IMG/VR virus record: IMGVR_UViG_3300047560_001667
Location: 1 to 63,739 of that record
Reading direction: 5' to 3' (one strand)
From: a virus
Lineage: Duplodnaviria > Caudoviricetes
DNA: 63,739 nucleotides
In this document: piece after piece, positions 30,388-39,537 of the stretch
How the letters are laid out: the number at the start of each line of letters is the position of its first letter
Numbering within the stretch: position 1 is the stretch's first letter
Position numbers and translations under genes: made by a program
The notes under the pieces: generated by a model
Seen by the model: only the letters and a program-made list of their open reading frames with translations
Told to the model about the DNA's origin: nothing
Databases searched by the model: none

Positions 30388-31181
30388 ACCTTACCTCTAG
30401 CTCGATACAATGTTTTTATCTGTTTTGAATTAATATTAAGTATATCACACGCATCGTTGAATGAGAGGCCTTCAGCTATCAAAGCATCTACTTTTATAAT
30501 TACATCATTAATAGCTTTCTTTTTAACAGGAATTAACCCTACTTTAAGGCAGTATTTATAAAACGTAGTTGTTGTAATTTGTAAAGGTTTAACAACTTCA
30601 GATAATTTATCTCCGTATTTAAACGCATGATATGCATTTAAAATAGCAGTTAAAGTTTTATCAGATGTTTCCGCATGGTGTTTTATTAAAGCTTCGCTCA
30701 ATCTATTTCTAGTTAATTCAGAAGGTGTAACACCTAGTTGTCTATTTCTAGCTTTTAATTTAAAACTATCATCGTATTTTCTACCTGTACTACTTACAGA
30801 CAACTTTTCTCTATGCTCAGCGGATAAGGCTTTACCTTTATGTGTTTTAGACATCTTAGCTTTAAACTCATCAGAATGTTTCCACCCACCTCTAACTAAA
30901 CATTCATTAACGGTTCTAAGTATGTTATAAGACTGTAGTTTCATCAAAGACTGTTCATAAAAATATCTAGTATCTTTAGAACATATCAAAAGTAATTTAA
31001 ATACAAATGATGATTCTCCATACTTTTCCCATGCTTTTTGTAACACAAAAGAATGGTGGACACCTTTACGTAAAGTAGTTTTATGGGCTCGCCAACGATA
31101 AACATAGTTTTTTGTACTACCTATATACATTTTTCCATTATGTATATTTTCTATGGCGTATATATAAGCTAACTCGCTCAT
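30384..31181 (-). CDS. free-standing GIY-YIG homing endonuclease with NUMOD3-like repeats
   Basis: YIYAIEN..NGKMYIGST...RW..H...L; HSDEFKAKMS, LSAEHREKLS; AT-richer than flanks. Confidence 0.9.
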   Translation of the reverse strand: MSELAYIYAIENIHNGKMYIGSTKNYVYRWRAHKTTLRKGVHHSFVLQKAWEKYGESSFVFKLLLICSKDTRYFYEQSLMKLQSYNILRTVNECLVRGGWKHSDEFKAKMSKTHKGKALSAEHREKLSVSSTGRKYDDSFKLKARNRQLGVTPSELTRNRLSEALIKHHAETSDKTLTAILNAYHAFKYGDKLSEVVKPLQITTTTFYKYCLKVGLIPVKKKAINDVIIKVDALIAEGLSFNDACDILNINSKQIKTLYRARGKV

Positions 31182-31186
31182 AATAA

Positions 31187-31324
31187 TTATGCCATCGGTC
31201 CGCGTGCGATTTTCCCTTTCGTAGCAGCACCATTACCACGAGTTTTAATACCAGATGTTTTAATACCTGTCTGTGGATAGCCTACTACTTTAGGAGTAGG
31301 TTCTGTTTTAATTTTACCTGTCAT
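31187..31324 (-). CDS. small basic protein (45 aa), below the ORF-track cutoff
   Basis: MTGKIKTEPTPKVVGYPQTGIKTSGIKTRGNGAATKGKIARGPMA; shares the RGxGxATKG motif with neighbours. Confidence 0.75.
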   Translation of the reverse strand: MTGKIKTEPTPKVVGYPQTGIKTSGIKTRGNGAATKGKIARGPMA

Positions 31325-31333
31325 GATGATTCT

Positions 31334-31741
31334 CTAAGTTGTGATTGTAACAGTGCCAACAGAAGCGATGGCAACAAGGTAATTAGGTGTAAGTACTGCA
31401 TCAAACTGTGAAGCGCCACCAACTGGTGCCCAACCCCACTGAAATACACGACTACCATCTGTGGGTACGCCGTTATCCGTTAAAGTTAATTGTAACCCAT
31501 TTAACCCTGCTTGGTAATAGCTTGTATCTGGTCTGGGGTTACGTAAAGCCTGTGGGTCAAAAATTGGATACATACCAACAAGTAACTGTGGTTGATCGTA
31601 ATCCCAACAAGACGGACAACATAAAATATTGGTTACTTTAGTCTTAATCGTTAGCTTTTTAAGTTCTTTAAGCTGATAGCGTTGTCCGCAACGATCGCAA
31701 AACGCATGACTCCACTTACCTGATGAGTATTTAACTGACAT
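31334..31741 (-). CDS. zinc-binding conserved phage protein
   Basis: CDRCG.RY...CCPSCWD.DQPQL...DPQALRNPRPD. Confidence 0.75.
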   Translation of the reverse strand: MSVKYSSGKWSHAFCDRCGQRYQLKELKKLTIKTKVTNILCCPSCWDYDQPQLLVGMYPIFDPQALRNPRPDTSYYQAGLNGLQLTLTDNGVPTDGSRVFQWGWAPVGGASQFDAVLTPNYLVAIASVGTVTITT

Positions 31742-31743
31742 AA

Positions 31744-32478
31744 CTAAACGTGCATAATCCGTGGAACAAAACGATTACTCGCTTTCTCCCTATCTTCAGA
31801 AAGAGCTAAGTCTAATTGCTGTTCGTAATCACCTTTTAGCATTTGAATGCGATTAGGGTCTACGCCAGGTAATTTCATACTAAGATAAAAGGCTAACCCT
31901 GCAACAAGTGCGTTGAGTAATCTGAACGGAATGTCTTGTGTATTAACCGCATTACCAGCGTCTTGGATTCTGCGCAATCGCCAGTAAATAAAATAGTAAT
32001 ACGGTGATTCTACTGTACCTTGATCGGGTGTAGGCCAGATATTAATCTGCGGATATTTAATTGTTGTGGACGTGCCGTCAGGATATGTTGCGCCTGTTTG
32101 ACGATTTACCCATACTTGAATCGGTCTACCATGTGCATTCTTATTTGGAATGGTTGAGTAGGTCGATTCAGAAATACGAGATATGTTAATGTCTACTTGA
32201 TTTTGACCTGTGCCTGTACGCACTACATGGTCAAGTAAATCAATTGTATCAACAGGTAAGTCATAAGCAATTTGATCGGGTACAAGTGGGATGACACCTT
32301 GCTCAATTGTCCATAAATTAATCCCCCTATTTGCCAATTCAATCGTTAGCAAATTGAGTGACCGTCTAGCCGTGCGTAAATCATATCCGCTGCGAAGCTC
32401 TTGACCACAGCGCTCATATGCTTCTTCCACCAGATCAGCTAAATCAAGGTTGAATGTACTTGTACCCGATGTCGTCAT
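31744..32478 (-). CDS. head-tail adaptor protein
   Basis: TSGT.TFNLD...EEAYERCG...GYDLRTARRSLNLL..E.ANRG.NLWT; DIPFR. Confidence 0.7.
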   Translation of the reverse strand: MTTSGTSTFNLDLADLVEEAYERCGQELRSGYDLRTARRSLNLLTIELANRGINLWTIEQGVIPLVPDQIAYDLPVDTIDLLDHVVRTGTGQNQVDINISRISESTYSTIPNKNAHGRPIQVWVNRQTGATYPDGTSTTIKYPQINIWPTPDQGTVESPYYYFIYWRLRRIQDAGNAVNTQDIPFRLLNALVAGLAFYLSMKLPGVDPNRIQMLKGDYEQQLDLALSEDREKASNRFVPRIMHV

Positions 32479-32546
32479 TTCTTTTTACCTTTTCGTCCAG
32501 GTATCTTTTTAGGGTTAATACATCCCATTCCGCGTGAAAACCTCAT
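32475..32546 (-). CDS. 23-aa basic microprotein
   Basis: MRFSRGMGCINPKKIPGRKGKKK; ATGA overlaps at both ends. Confidence 0.6.
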   Translation of the reverse strand: MRFSRGMGCINPKKIPGRKGKKK

Positions 32547-33400
32547 AGGTATTTCCCACGCGTATGACCTTTAGTTGCACAACCATCCCCACGTTTAGAA
32601 GCTGATGTACGTGATACATTTCCGCCTGATGCAAACTTTCTAGCAGGTACTTTCTTAGCAGGTTTAGGTGGTCTACGTTTAGTCATACCGCCTTTTTTCA
32701 TACCGTCTACATTTTCAACAGCATCAAGCTTACCTTGCGTATTCATGTCTTCTGCTGTAGTAGCGTCTGAATCTAACGGCGCACGAGAAGCATTCCAATC
32801 TCTAAACTCTTTTAACGCCGATCTAGCACGGTCACCTTCAGTAGGACCTTTAGGTTTTGAAACCACTGTGGTTTGTTTTTTAACTACTGCAACAGGTTCA
32901 TCTTTTTTAGCAGGTTTAGATACCTCAGGTGTTTTTTGCGTACCATACATATCTTCTCTATTTGCTGCACGGGATTTAGCTGTGTCGATAGAACTATCTT
33001 GGCCTTGTTTAAATGCACCACGTTTAACCATCTCTGCAGATTCTTTATTAGATAAAGATGAATCTCCCAACTCTGAAGGTTCTAATGCACCTGTGACAAT
33101 TGGAAACGCTCTACCAGCCAACCTTGCTGCTCTACCTACTGTTTTTCCAATATCAACACCAGACTTCCCAGCTTTTACAGCTAATTCAGATGCGGGACGT
33201 TTAATAATATTATTACCGCCAGCAGTATCAACTTTAGGAGTATTAACTTTAACTGGATAATTCCCCCCTGCTTCAGCTGTTTCTACAGTACGAGTAAAGG
33301 GTCTAGGTTTAGATTTAAGCCGTCTGCTAGGTTCTCTATCTTCTGGTGCTGCAGCTGCTACTGAACTACCGCCACCTCTAAAACGTTTTACTTTTGCCAT
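32543..33400 (-). CDS. basic, low-complexity putative internal head protein
   Basis: xxGG motifs; C-terminal RGDGCATKGHTRGKYL. Confidence 0.65.
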   Translation of the reverse strand: MAKVKRFRGGGSSVAAAAPEDREPSRRLKSKPRPFTRTVETAEAGGNYPVKVNTPKVDTAGGNNIIKRPASELAVKAGKSGVDIGKTVGRAARLAGRAFPIVTGALEPSELGDSSLSNKESAEMVKRGAFKQGQDSSIDTAKSRAANREDMYGTQKTPEVSKPAKKDEPVAVVKKQTTVVSKPKGPTEGDRARSALKEFRDWNASRAPLDSDATTAEDMNTQGKLDAVENVDGMKKGGMTKRRPPKPAKKVPARKFASGGNVSRTSASKRGDGCATKGHTRGKYL

Positions 33401-33409
33401 GACAATCCC

Positions 33410-33955
33410 CTAAACAAATTTACCTTTAGTGTGACCTTTAGTTGCTACGCCGTCCGCACGGGTAACACCACCTTTAGCATAACGCTTAGCACCAGATTGA
33501 ATACCTTCAGATTTACCGCTATCACCTAAGTTTTTACCTTTAGATAAACCTGATTTCTGAATAGCGTGTTCACCAAACTTCTTATTACCTTGAGGAATTT
33601 TTTCCATTTTAGAAGGTTCCATGCGGGCTTCTTTAACGCTACCGCCTTTAGCCATACAGCATTTACCACCTTTCTTCATTTTCTTTTCCATCTCTTCACC
33701 TTTAGCGTATTCTTTAGGAGTGATTTTCCCAGACTTAATAGCTTTACCTTCTTTAAGCTCTTCGCTATAGGTTTCTTTACCTTTAAATAACTTTTTTAGA
33801 TTAGCCACATTACCACCTTCTTTAAATTTTTTACCTTTATCGGCTTGATTAAACTCTTTAGCCACACTAACTGGAATACCTACTTTCTTTGCAAAGCTGG
33901 GATTGTGAGCAGCGGCTGCCATGAAATTTCGTTGTTTCTTACTTACACTAGGCAT
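33410..33955 (-). CDS. Lys-rich putative internal head protein
   Basis: MPSVSKKQRNFMAAAAHNP.FAKK; repeated KGG; C-terminal RADGVATKGHTKGKFV. Confidence 0.7.
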   Translation of the reverse strand: MPSVSKKQRNFMAAAAHNPSFAKKVGIPVSVAKEFNQADKGKKFKEGGNVANLKKLFKGKETYSEELKEGKAIKSGKITPKEYAKGEEMEKKMKKGGKCCMAKGGSVKEARMEPSKMEKIPQGNKKFGEHAIQKSGLSKGKNLGDSGKSEGIQSGAKRYAKGGVTRADGVATKGHTKGKFV

Positions 33956-34223
33956 GACAATTCCATCTTTTCAAAGAAGCTGCTTTGCGAGTTGGTTTAC
34001 CATTCTCATCCTTCATAGGACCTGGAACACCTGCCATACGCGCACAGAACGATTTACGTCTAGCTGCATCTTTTTTGGTTTTAGGATTTGGCGCTGGTGC
34101 TTTTAAATTAGAGCCCGTAGCCGCATTGTACTTTGCGCGACCTTTGGCTGTAAGACCTGCGCCTTTAGAGACTGGGAGTTTCTCACCCCTACCCACTGCT
34201 AATACTGGAGCTTTTTTCGCCAT
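33948..34223 (-). CDS. DUF6321-like small basic protein
   Basis: GLTAKGRAKYN..TGSNLKAP...RRKSFCARM...SL.RW.C. Confidence 0.75.
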   Translation of the reverse strand: MAKKAPVLAVGRGEKLPVSKGAGLTAKGRAKYNAATGSNLKAPAPNPKTKKDAARRKSFCARMAGVPGPMKDENGKPTRKAASLKRWNCHA

Positions 34224-34224
34224 C

Positions 34225-34458
34225 TCACTTACCTGAAAAATGTTCAAATGCCCAGCCTAATACCGAGCCAATCGCTGCACCTAAACCGCCCATAACCATT
34301 AAAACTTGCCACCCCCCTTTAGCTTCCGCGAGGGTCTTGCTTATTTCGGCAATAGAGGTTTTAAGCTCCTCCATATCCTTAACCAACTTATCCATATCAG
34401 TCTGCAAGTGTTTAATCTCATTTTCATGAACCGCAAGTTTAATTTGGTCGTCCATCAT
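34225..34458 (-). CDS. coiled-coil protein with C-terminal transmembrane helix
   Basis: Heptad N-terminus, then KGGW and a hydrophobic segment. Confidence 0.7.
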   Translation of the reverse strand: MMDDQIKLAVHENEIKHLQTDMDKLVKDMEELKTSIAEISKTLAEAKGGWQVLMVMGGLGAAIGSVLGWAFEHFSGK

Positions 34459-34461
34459 GGC

Positions 34462-34758
34462 TTACCCGTAGAAAATAGTGATTCCAGAAACAGACCCAAC
34501 ACTGAGTGTTAAATATATGCCGTTTTGGAATAAGATACCTTCATGCGGGATAGCCACATAAAACGAGTTAGGGTTTGAGTTAGACGGAATGTCCATCTGA
34601 CAAAGGATGTCACCTGTCGCACTGCCATCTCTAAACTCATAGGTAGCTGCTGTGCTAACAGCTGGAGCTACTGAAAACCCTTTTAGACGTACTCGACTAC
34701 CATAAAAACTACCAGCAGTGCTTCTATGCGCACTCTTGACATCATACTGCATTGCCAT
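34462..34758 (-). CDS. small structural protein
   Basis: MQYDVK...IP.EGILF..G...T.FYG; AGGAG RBS before ATG 34758. Confidence 0.7.
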   Translation of the reverse strand: MAMQYDVKSAHRSTAGSFYGSRVRLKGFSVAPAVSTAATYEFRDGSATGDILCQMDIPSNSNPNSFYVAIPHEGILFQNGIYLTLSVGSVSGITIFYG

Positions 34759-34774
34759 AACTAATCTCCTATTT

Positions 34775-34799
34775 AAAAAGGGGGAGATAAACTCCCCCA
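34775..34799 (-). terminator. intrinsic terminator
   Basis: Minus strand GGGGGAG-TTTAT-CTCCCCC-TTTTT. Confidence 0.7.
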
Positions 34800-34807
34800 C
34801 AGACTAA

Positions 34808-35281
34808 TTACGCAGTTTGCGATGTTGGGTTGTAAGTACCGTCTGATAAATTCACCATGTACGATACAACAAGAATACCCGTCCCAGTAGTAAGCGAAGT
34901 ACCACCTACAGTGTAAGTAACAATCGCGTCAGTAGAACCTACGTTAGCTGCAAGTGCCGCTGCACCAGTAGTTGCAGCAAAAGATACTGCACCAGAACCT
35001 GCGGTGGTAATCGTAGACGCTGTTGAAATAGCTGTACCGCCAATAGACAATGTGATTGTCGCAGCTGATGAAAACGCCGCTGTAGTAATGAACTGCATAG
35101 CTGTAATCGTTGCGCCGGCTGGTAGAACAAACGCTTGTGAAGATGACGCGTCACCGTAAGCTACAGCTTTCTTTTGGGCAACAATAGTTGCGCCCATATT
35201 GTTGATAGTACCAGCAGTTGTGCCAGTAGTGTTAGGTACGGTCCCAAGTCTCCAAGGACCAAAGTGTGATGCTAAACCCAT
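34808..35281 (-). CDS. capsid decoration/spike-like protein
   Basis: SHF.GP N-terminus, LPAGA.I, beta-rich; GGAG RBS before ATG 35281. Confidence 0.6.
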   Translation of the reverse strand: MGLASHFGPWRLGTVPNTTGTTAGTINNMGATIVAQKKAVAYGDASSSQAFVLPAGATITAMQFITTAAFSSAATITLSIGGTAISTASTITTAGSGAVSFAATTGAAALAANVGSTDAIVTYTVGGTSLTTGTGILVVSYMVNLSDGTYNPTSQTA

Positions 35282-35371
35282 TTTAATCTCCAAATACACG
35301 TAAGATACGCAGTCTTGTGTAAAGCTTGCTAGGTCAATCTGCGCAAATAAAAAGTTCCTAGATATGGGCTG

Positions 35372-35401
35372 ATATTACACCCTAATTGGTTGATTAGGCA
35401 A
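35372..35401 (-). promoter_or_regulatory. possible sigma70-type promoter
   Basis: Minus strand TTGCCT-18 bp-TAATAT upstream of the structured leader. Confidence 0.35.
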
Positions 35402-36203
35402 CTATTTTATTAGCTCCTCTACCCATCTTTTTACGACCATCTTCAGTTGACCATTTCAGCTTCATCTCAATACTTTTCTTCTCGTTCCTAATAAGCGCTC
35501 CGCACTCTGCACAACCTGACCCTTTTCTAAATTGAGCCGCATATTGAGAGAACTCTCCGTGCGTAGGACATACACATCCTGTAATTCTATTTAACGCCCC
35601 CGTGTAAATGGCATTAGTAAAATCATACTTACTACGCACTTCTTCTGGAAACTTAGCTAGTACCTCATTTAAAGGGGTATGTTCTTGTGACCTGGCGTTA
35701 CGCTTCATAGTCTCTTGAGCTTTGCGTAATCCTTCTTCTGTATATACTCTAGGTGCTTTCTTAACACCTTTTTGAGTTTCACTTATTTTTTTACGAGTTT
35801 CATTACTTCTAGGGACATTATATAAACTAGAATGTTCCCCTTTAGGTACTTTTTGCGCGGCTTCTTTTAGTTTTATTAGCGCCTCAGCTGTGTGTTTTTT
35901 CCCTCGCATAGGTGCACTTGCATCGGTTGCCCAATTGTAACAGTACGGTTTTCCTGCGTGTTCGTCTAACCATTTTTGCTCTGTGATTAGTAAATCTTCT
36001 GAGCATTCAATAATCTCTACTACTTCAAATTTAAAACAATCTTCCCCATATTTATTCCATGCAGCTTGCATATGAGGACTTTGGTGTTTCCCTTTTTTTA
36101 AATTACGACGGTGCGTTTGAAACCTAACTCTACTATCTACGGTACTACCCACATAAAACTTACCATTAACTACATTTCTTATTTTGTAAATTACATTTTT
36201 CAT
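35394..36203 (-). CDS. free-standing GIY-YIG homing endonuclease (NUMOD3 repeats, C-terminal Cys/His module)
   Basis: VIYKIRN..NGKFYVGST...RF..H; GKKHTAE, SNETRKKIS; CPTHGEF...GSGCAEC. Confidence 0.9.
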   Translation of the reverse strand: MKNVIYKIRNVVNGKFYVGSTVDSRVRFQTHRRNLKKGKHQSPHMQAAWNKYGEDCFKFEVVEIIECSEDLLITEQKWLDEHAGKPYCYNWATDASAPMRGKKHTAEALIKLKEAAQKVPKGEHSSLYNVPRSNETRKKISETQKGVKKAPRVYTEEGLRKAQETMKRNARSQEHTPLNEVLAKFPEEVRSKYDFTNAIYTGALNRITGCVCPTHGEFSQYAAQFRKGSGCAECGALIRNEKKSIEMKLKWSTEDGRKKMGRGANKIVA

Positions 36204-36235
36204 TAGTATTATCTCCGATATAAATGTTAAGAGAG

Positions 36236-36263
36236 ATTATACATTATTTTGTGACGGTGTCAC
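36236..36263 (-). promoter_or_regulatory. putative sigma70 promoter for the GIY-YIG gene, overlapped by the palindrome GTGAC-N3-GTCAC
   Basis: Minus strand GTGACA-16 bp-TATAAT. Confidence 0.45.
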
Positions 36264-36280
36264 GGTAATTTTATTTAAAT

Positions 36281-36309
36281 AATAAAAAAGGGTCTCCGAA
36301 GAGACCCTT
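36281..36309 (-). terminator. intrinsic terminator after the major capsid gene
   Basis: Minus strand AAGGGTCTC-TTCG-GAGACCCTT-TTTT, UUCG tetraloop. Confidence 0.9.
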
Positions 36310-36334
36310 AATGTACCTAAGTAGTTGATTTTAC

Positions 36335-37246
36335 TTAGTTTGAACCAGATGAACCGAAGACACCTAAGGGATCAGACCAGCCGAAGCTGTAGCGTTCTCT
36401 CGCTTTGTATCTCATGTTACCAGTATCAAAGTCCGAATCTGATGATGTCGCTAACGGCTGACGAACAAAATGCTTCATACCATTTGGTACATCAGTGGTT
36501 AAGAACCATGCGTTAGTGTCGGTCAAGAAGTGGTTAACCGAATAACCTTCAGGAATCGAACCGTTGTTTTTCAACGCATTGATGTCGTTATCGGTTGTAC
36601 CTACACGTTGTTCAGTTTCGAGCAAACGAGTTGCAACGAATTGAAGTGCAGGGGGAACAATCAATTTACGAGGTTTAGCAGCAATCAATAATCCACGTTC
36701 GTCAGTCCATGCAGCGATTTGGATAACAGCCGCTTCCAAAGAAGTTTCGTTCAAATCAGCAGGGGTTGAAGGGATATTTGAGTTTGTACCGCCAGATACC
36801 AATGAGTGTGATGCTGAGAACAATGATGAACCGTCACCACCAGTATAAGCTGCGTTGAAGCCGTTGTTTAAAACAGCCGCTGCTTTTACTTGTTTGGTGT
36901 ACGCCATTGCACGAGCCAATGCTTTTGTGTAACGAGCAGACAATGAGTCATACAAGTTATCTTCTACAGCTTCTTCAGTTAATGAGAAGCCAAGAGCGAT
37001 TGTTTCGTGATTGTAGCGTGCAGTCCATGCTTCTTGACCCGCTTCATATTGAATAGCAGAACCCTCTGGTTTAACAGCCGCTGCTGCAAATCCTGAAAGT
37101 TTTGTTTCTTCTTCAAATGAACGCTCAGATGATTCAATTTCATAAATCTCTTTGTGTTCTTCACCGTAGCGTGCGTACTCTAAACCGAATAACGCGTTAA
37201 GACCCGGTAATAACTCTTTTAATAGCTGTGCTCTTGAAATTGCCAT
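36335..37246 (-). CDS. major capsid protein
   Basis: MAISRAQLLKELLPGLNALFG...DFDTGN.RYKARERYSFGWSDP; strong RBS, biased codons, terminator downstream. Confidence 0.88.
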   Translation of the reverse strand: MAISRAQLLKELLPGLNALFGLEYARYGEEHKEIYEIESSERSFEEETKLSGFAAAAVKPEGSAIQYEAGQEAWTARYNHETIALGFSLTEEAVEDNLYDSLSARYTKALARAMAYTKQVKAAAVLNNGFNAAYTGGDGSSLFSASHSLVSGGTNSNIPSTPADLNETSLEAAVIQIAAWTDERGLLIAAKPRKLIVPPALQFVATRLLETEQRVGTTDNDINALKNNGSIPEGYSVNHFLTDTNAWFLTTDVPNGMKHFVRQPLATSSDSDFDTGNMRYKARERYSFGWSDPLGVFGSSGSN

Positions 37247-37258
37247 ATTCTAATCTCC

Positions 37259-38104
37259 TTATGCAGTAGCGGCAGCAGAGTAATAAGAGTGAATACCGAA
37301 ATCGATTTTCACTAATACTTCTGGGAATTGAGTAAATACAATCGTTGAACCAGATGGAATTTCAGATACGCTATTGGTAGCTAAAATCGCTTGGTTGATT
37401 GTAACTGAAGTAGTGCTAGATACAGACGCTACAAATGATCCTGTTTGTACCAATTGACCGTTAGGTGCAATGTACGCTACGTTCCAACCCGGACCGATAG
37501 CAGTTGTACTTGCTAACGCTGTTGTCAATGTAATGGTTGTTGTAGAAGAAGAACCAATTGCAGATACGCTAACAGATGTTTCGTCAACCACGTCAAGCAC
37601 ACGAAGTGCAGACGCTGTTGTTGCTGGAGTCGCTGCTTTTTGGACTACGCCATTTGCAGAGTTACCTGTGTTCACGCTACCAGCTAAGTTAGATGCGTCT
37701 ACATTTTGACCAATCAATGCAATGTTTGCACTGCCGATTGTAGAACCACCTTGCGAGGTTACAACAGCAGTTCTAAATACAGTATCAGGATCATCAGCAA
37801 CAATCGCCACTGCATCACCAGCTAAAGTACCTGCTGGCCAGTATTGGCTAAACAATTTTTGTTTAGTTGTTGGATTAGTGTAAGAACAACCGAGGAAAAT
37901 ACCACTAGTTGCACTTGTTGTCGCTGTAGTCACTGCACCGCGAGTTGCTAAACCACGCACGATAGTAACGAAATCACCGTAAAAGATGTTTGTGCCATAA
38001 CCATATTGGATTGGGAATTCACGAGTAGAACCCGCAAAGACTTGACCACCGATCAAATTGACCGGTTTTAATCCGTATGGGGCTTGTACTGTAGGATAAG
38101 CCAT
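37259..38104 (-). CDS. capsid-associated (minor capsid/cement) protein
   Basis: APYGLKPV...IFYGD...GIFLGCSY...DDPD; directly upstream of the capsid gene. Confidence 0.65.
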   Translation of the reverse strand: MAYPTVQAPYGLKPVNLIGGQVFAGSTREFPIQYGYGTNIFYGDFVTIVRGLATRGAVTTATTSATSGIFLGCSYTNPTTKQKLFSQYWPAGTLAGDAVAIVADDPDTVFRTAVVTSQGGSTIGSANIALIGQNVDASNLAGSVNTGNSANGVVQKAATPATTASALRVLDVVDETSVSVSAIGSSSTTTITLTTALASTTAIGPGWNVAYIAPNGQLVQTGSFVASVSSTTSVTINQAILATNSVSEIPSGSTIVFTQFPEVLVKIDFGIHSYYSAAATA

Positions 38105-38126
38105 TTAAAACTCCTAGATTAAAAAA

Positions 38127-38585
38127 TTAAGATTGTTTCCCAAAGGTCACTTTAGAACTCCGTTCTTTAAAGATTGGCATTCTTGAATCGCTTTGGCGCA
38201 TCAAATTATTATCTACAGCTTCAGCTTGTTGGTTTGTGATATTAGCGTAGTACTGCGCACGCTGATCCATAAACTCAGCTGGAATCTTACAGAGTAATAA
38301 TCCGCCTACTTCAATATTGTCTTTATATCGACTATTGGGGTCGGCTAACAGTCTAAACTTTGGTTGTTCGCTAAGCGTAACAGGTTCCCATCCTTCTCTG
38401 AGTTTGCCGGCTAGGTTACTTGGGTCACTATTATTTAATGTTGCTATACGAATCCAACGGTATGCGAACCCAGCCTCTTTGTCAGGCTCTGGGAGCAGCT
38501 CTGGTGCCATCCACTGCTTGGGACGCTCAGTAAGCGCTCTGGTTTCTAGTTCACGAGTAGTTCTTGCATTTGTGTTATCTGCCAT
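38127..38585 (-). CDS. conserved head-module protein
   Basis: W.AP..LP...G..YRWIR...REGWEPV...VGGLLLCKIP. Confidence 0.7.
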   Translation of the reverse strand: MADNTNARTTRELETRALTERPKQWMAPELLPEPDKEAGFAYRWIRIATLNNSDPSNLAGKLREGWEPVTLSEQPKFRLLADPNSRYKDNIEVGGLLLCKIPAEFMDQRAQYYANITNQQAEAVDNNLMRQSDSRMPIFKERSSKVTFGKQS

Positions 38586-39525
38586 TTTGGTTCTCCAATT
38601 CTAAAGCTGCTTTCGCATATTGTTCAGGTGTTAAGCCAAATTTCTTTGCTAAGTTGACTTGACTTTGAGTTAACTTTATCTTTTTAGGTGATGTGCTTCT
38701 CGAAGCGGGTGCGACGACATTTGATGGTCTACCCCGATTGGATTGCCTACTACCCGAATCCCCAAAATATTCACTATCGCTAAATCTTTTACGCATCGTT
38801 TTGTCCAACGCGTTGTAATATTCTTTTGAGCCTACAGGGACACCTTCATCCACCAATTTGGCATGTAATCCTAAAGCTGCACTGGTCATTTCTTTGTCTT
38901 TACCAAACCAAGGATTTCTATCTTGCCAATCCAACGCCTTTTCGTCAGGCTGCGGAACTTGTTGGGCTACAGGTCGTTGTAGTCTCTCTTGCGCCTGTTG
39001 TACCTCATATTCAGGTGTTTGTAAAGACCCTGTACGCATATTGTGTGCTTGCACCAATTTTAAATTGGCAATCTGCATTTGCTCTTGCGCTTCTACAATA
39101 CCGTCAGCGTCACCCATTTCATAAGCTTCTTTATAGGCTCGCTTGGCTTCTTGTAGTTCTTTTTGTGCTAATTGCTGTACATTAGTAATGTATTCTTTCT
39201 CACCATTACCCAGTACTTGATTCACACGTTGGTTTTCTTGAAGTAGTCTTTGAGCTACTGCAACAGCTTCTCGGTGTTCACGTTGAGCCGCTTCTTTTTC
39301 TCTACGCTCATCATGATAAACCTTACGCATTTGTTTTAAGCGTTGCTTGGCTTTCTCATCATACGAATCTAGCTCGTCTTCTTCTAGCTCATCCACAATG
39401 TGTTTGGGCATAGGTTGACGACCACGATCTTCTTCTGGCGTATCGTCTTCAATTTCGATTTCAATATCATTATCGAAATCATCTTGTTCATCTGGGAATT
39501 TATATTCTGCTTGTTCAAATGTCAT
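38575..39525 (-). CDS. scaffolding protein
   Basis: Acidic N-terminus, coiled coil, W..RNPWFG, C-terminal LT.SQV.LAKK.GL..EQYAK. Confidence 0.75.
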   Translation of the reverse strand: MTFEQAEYKFPDEQDDFDNDIEIEIEDDTPEEDRGRQPMPKHIVDELEEDELDSYDEKAKQRLKQMRKVYHDERREKEAAQREHREAVAVAQRLLQENQRVNQVLGNGEKEYITNVQQLAQKELQEAKRAYKEAYEMGDADGIVEAQEQMQIANLKLVQAHNMRTGSLQTPEYEVQQAQERLQRPVAQQVPQPDEKALDWQDRNPWFGKDKEMTSAALGLHAKLVDEGVPVGSKEYYNALDKTMRKRFSDSEYFGDSGSRQSNRGRPSNVVAPASRSTSPKKIKLTQSQVNLAKKFGLTPEQYAKAALELENQNGR

Positions 39526-39537
39526 AGTCTTGTCCTA

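Noticed and set aside
30384-36203. Group I introns around the two GIY-YIG genes
   Set aside because: Flanking genes are intact and abut or overlap the endonuclease ORFs, leaving no room for an intron core.
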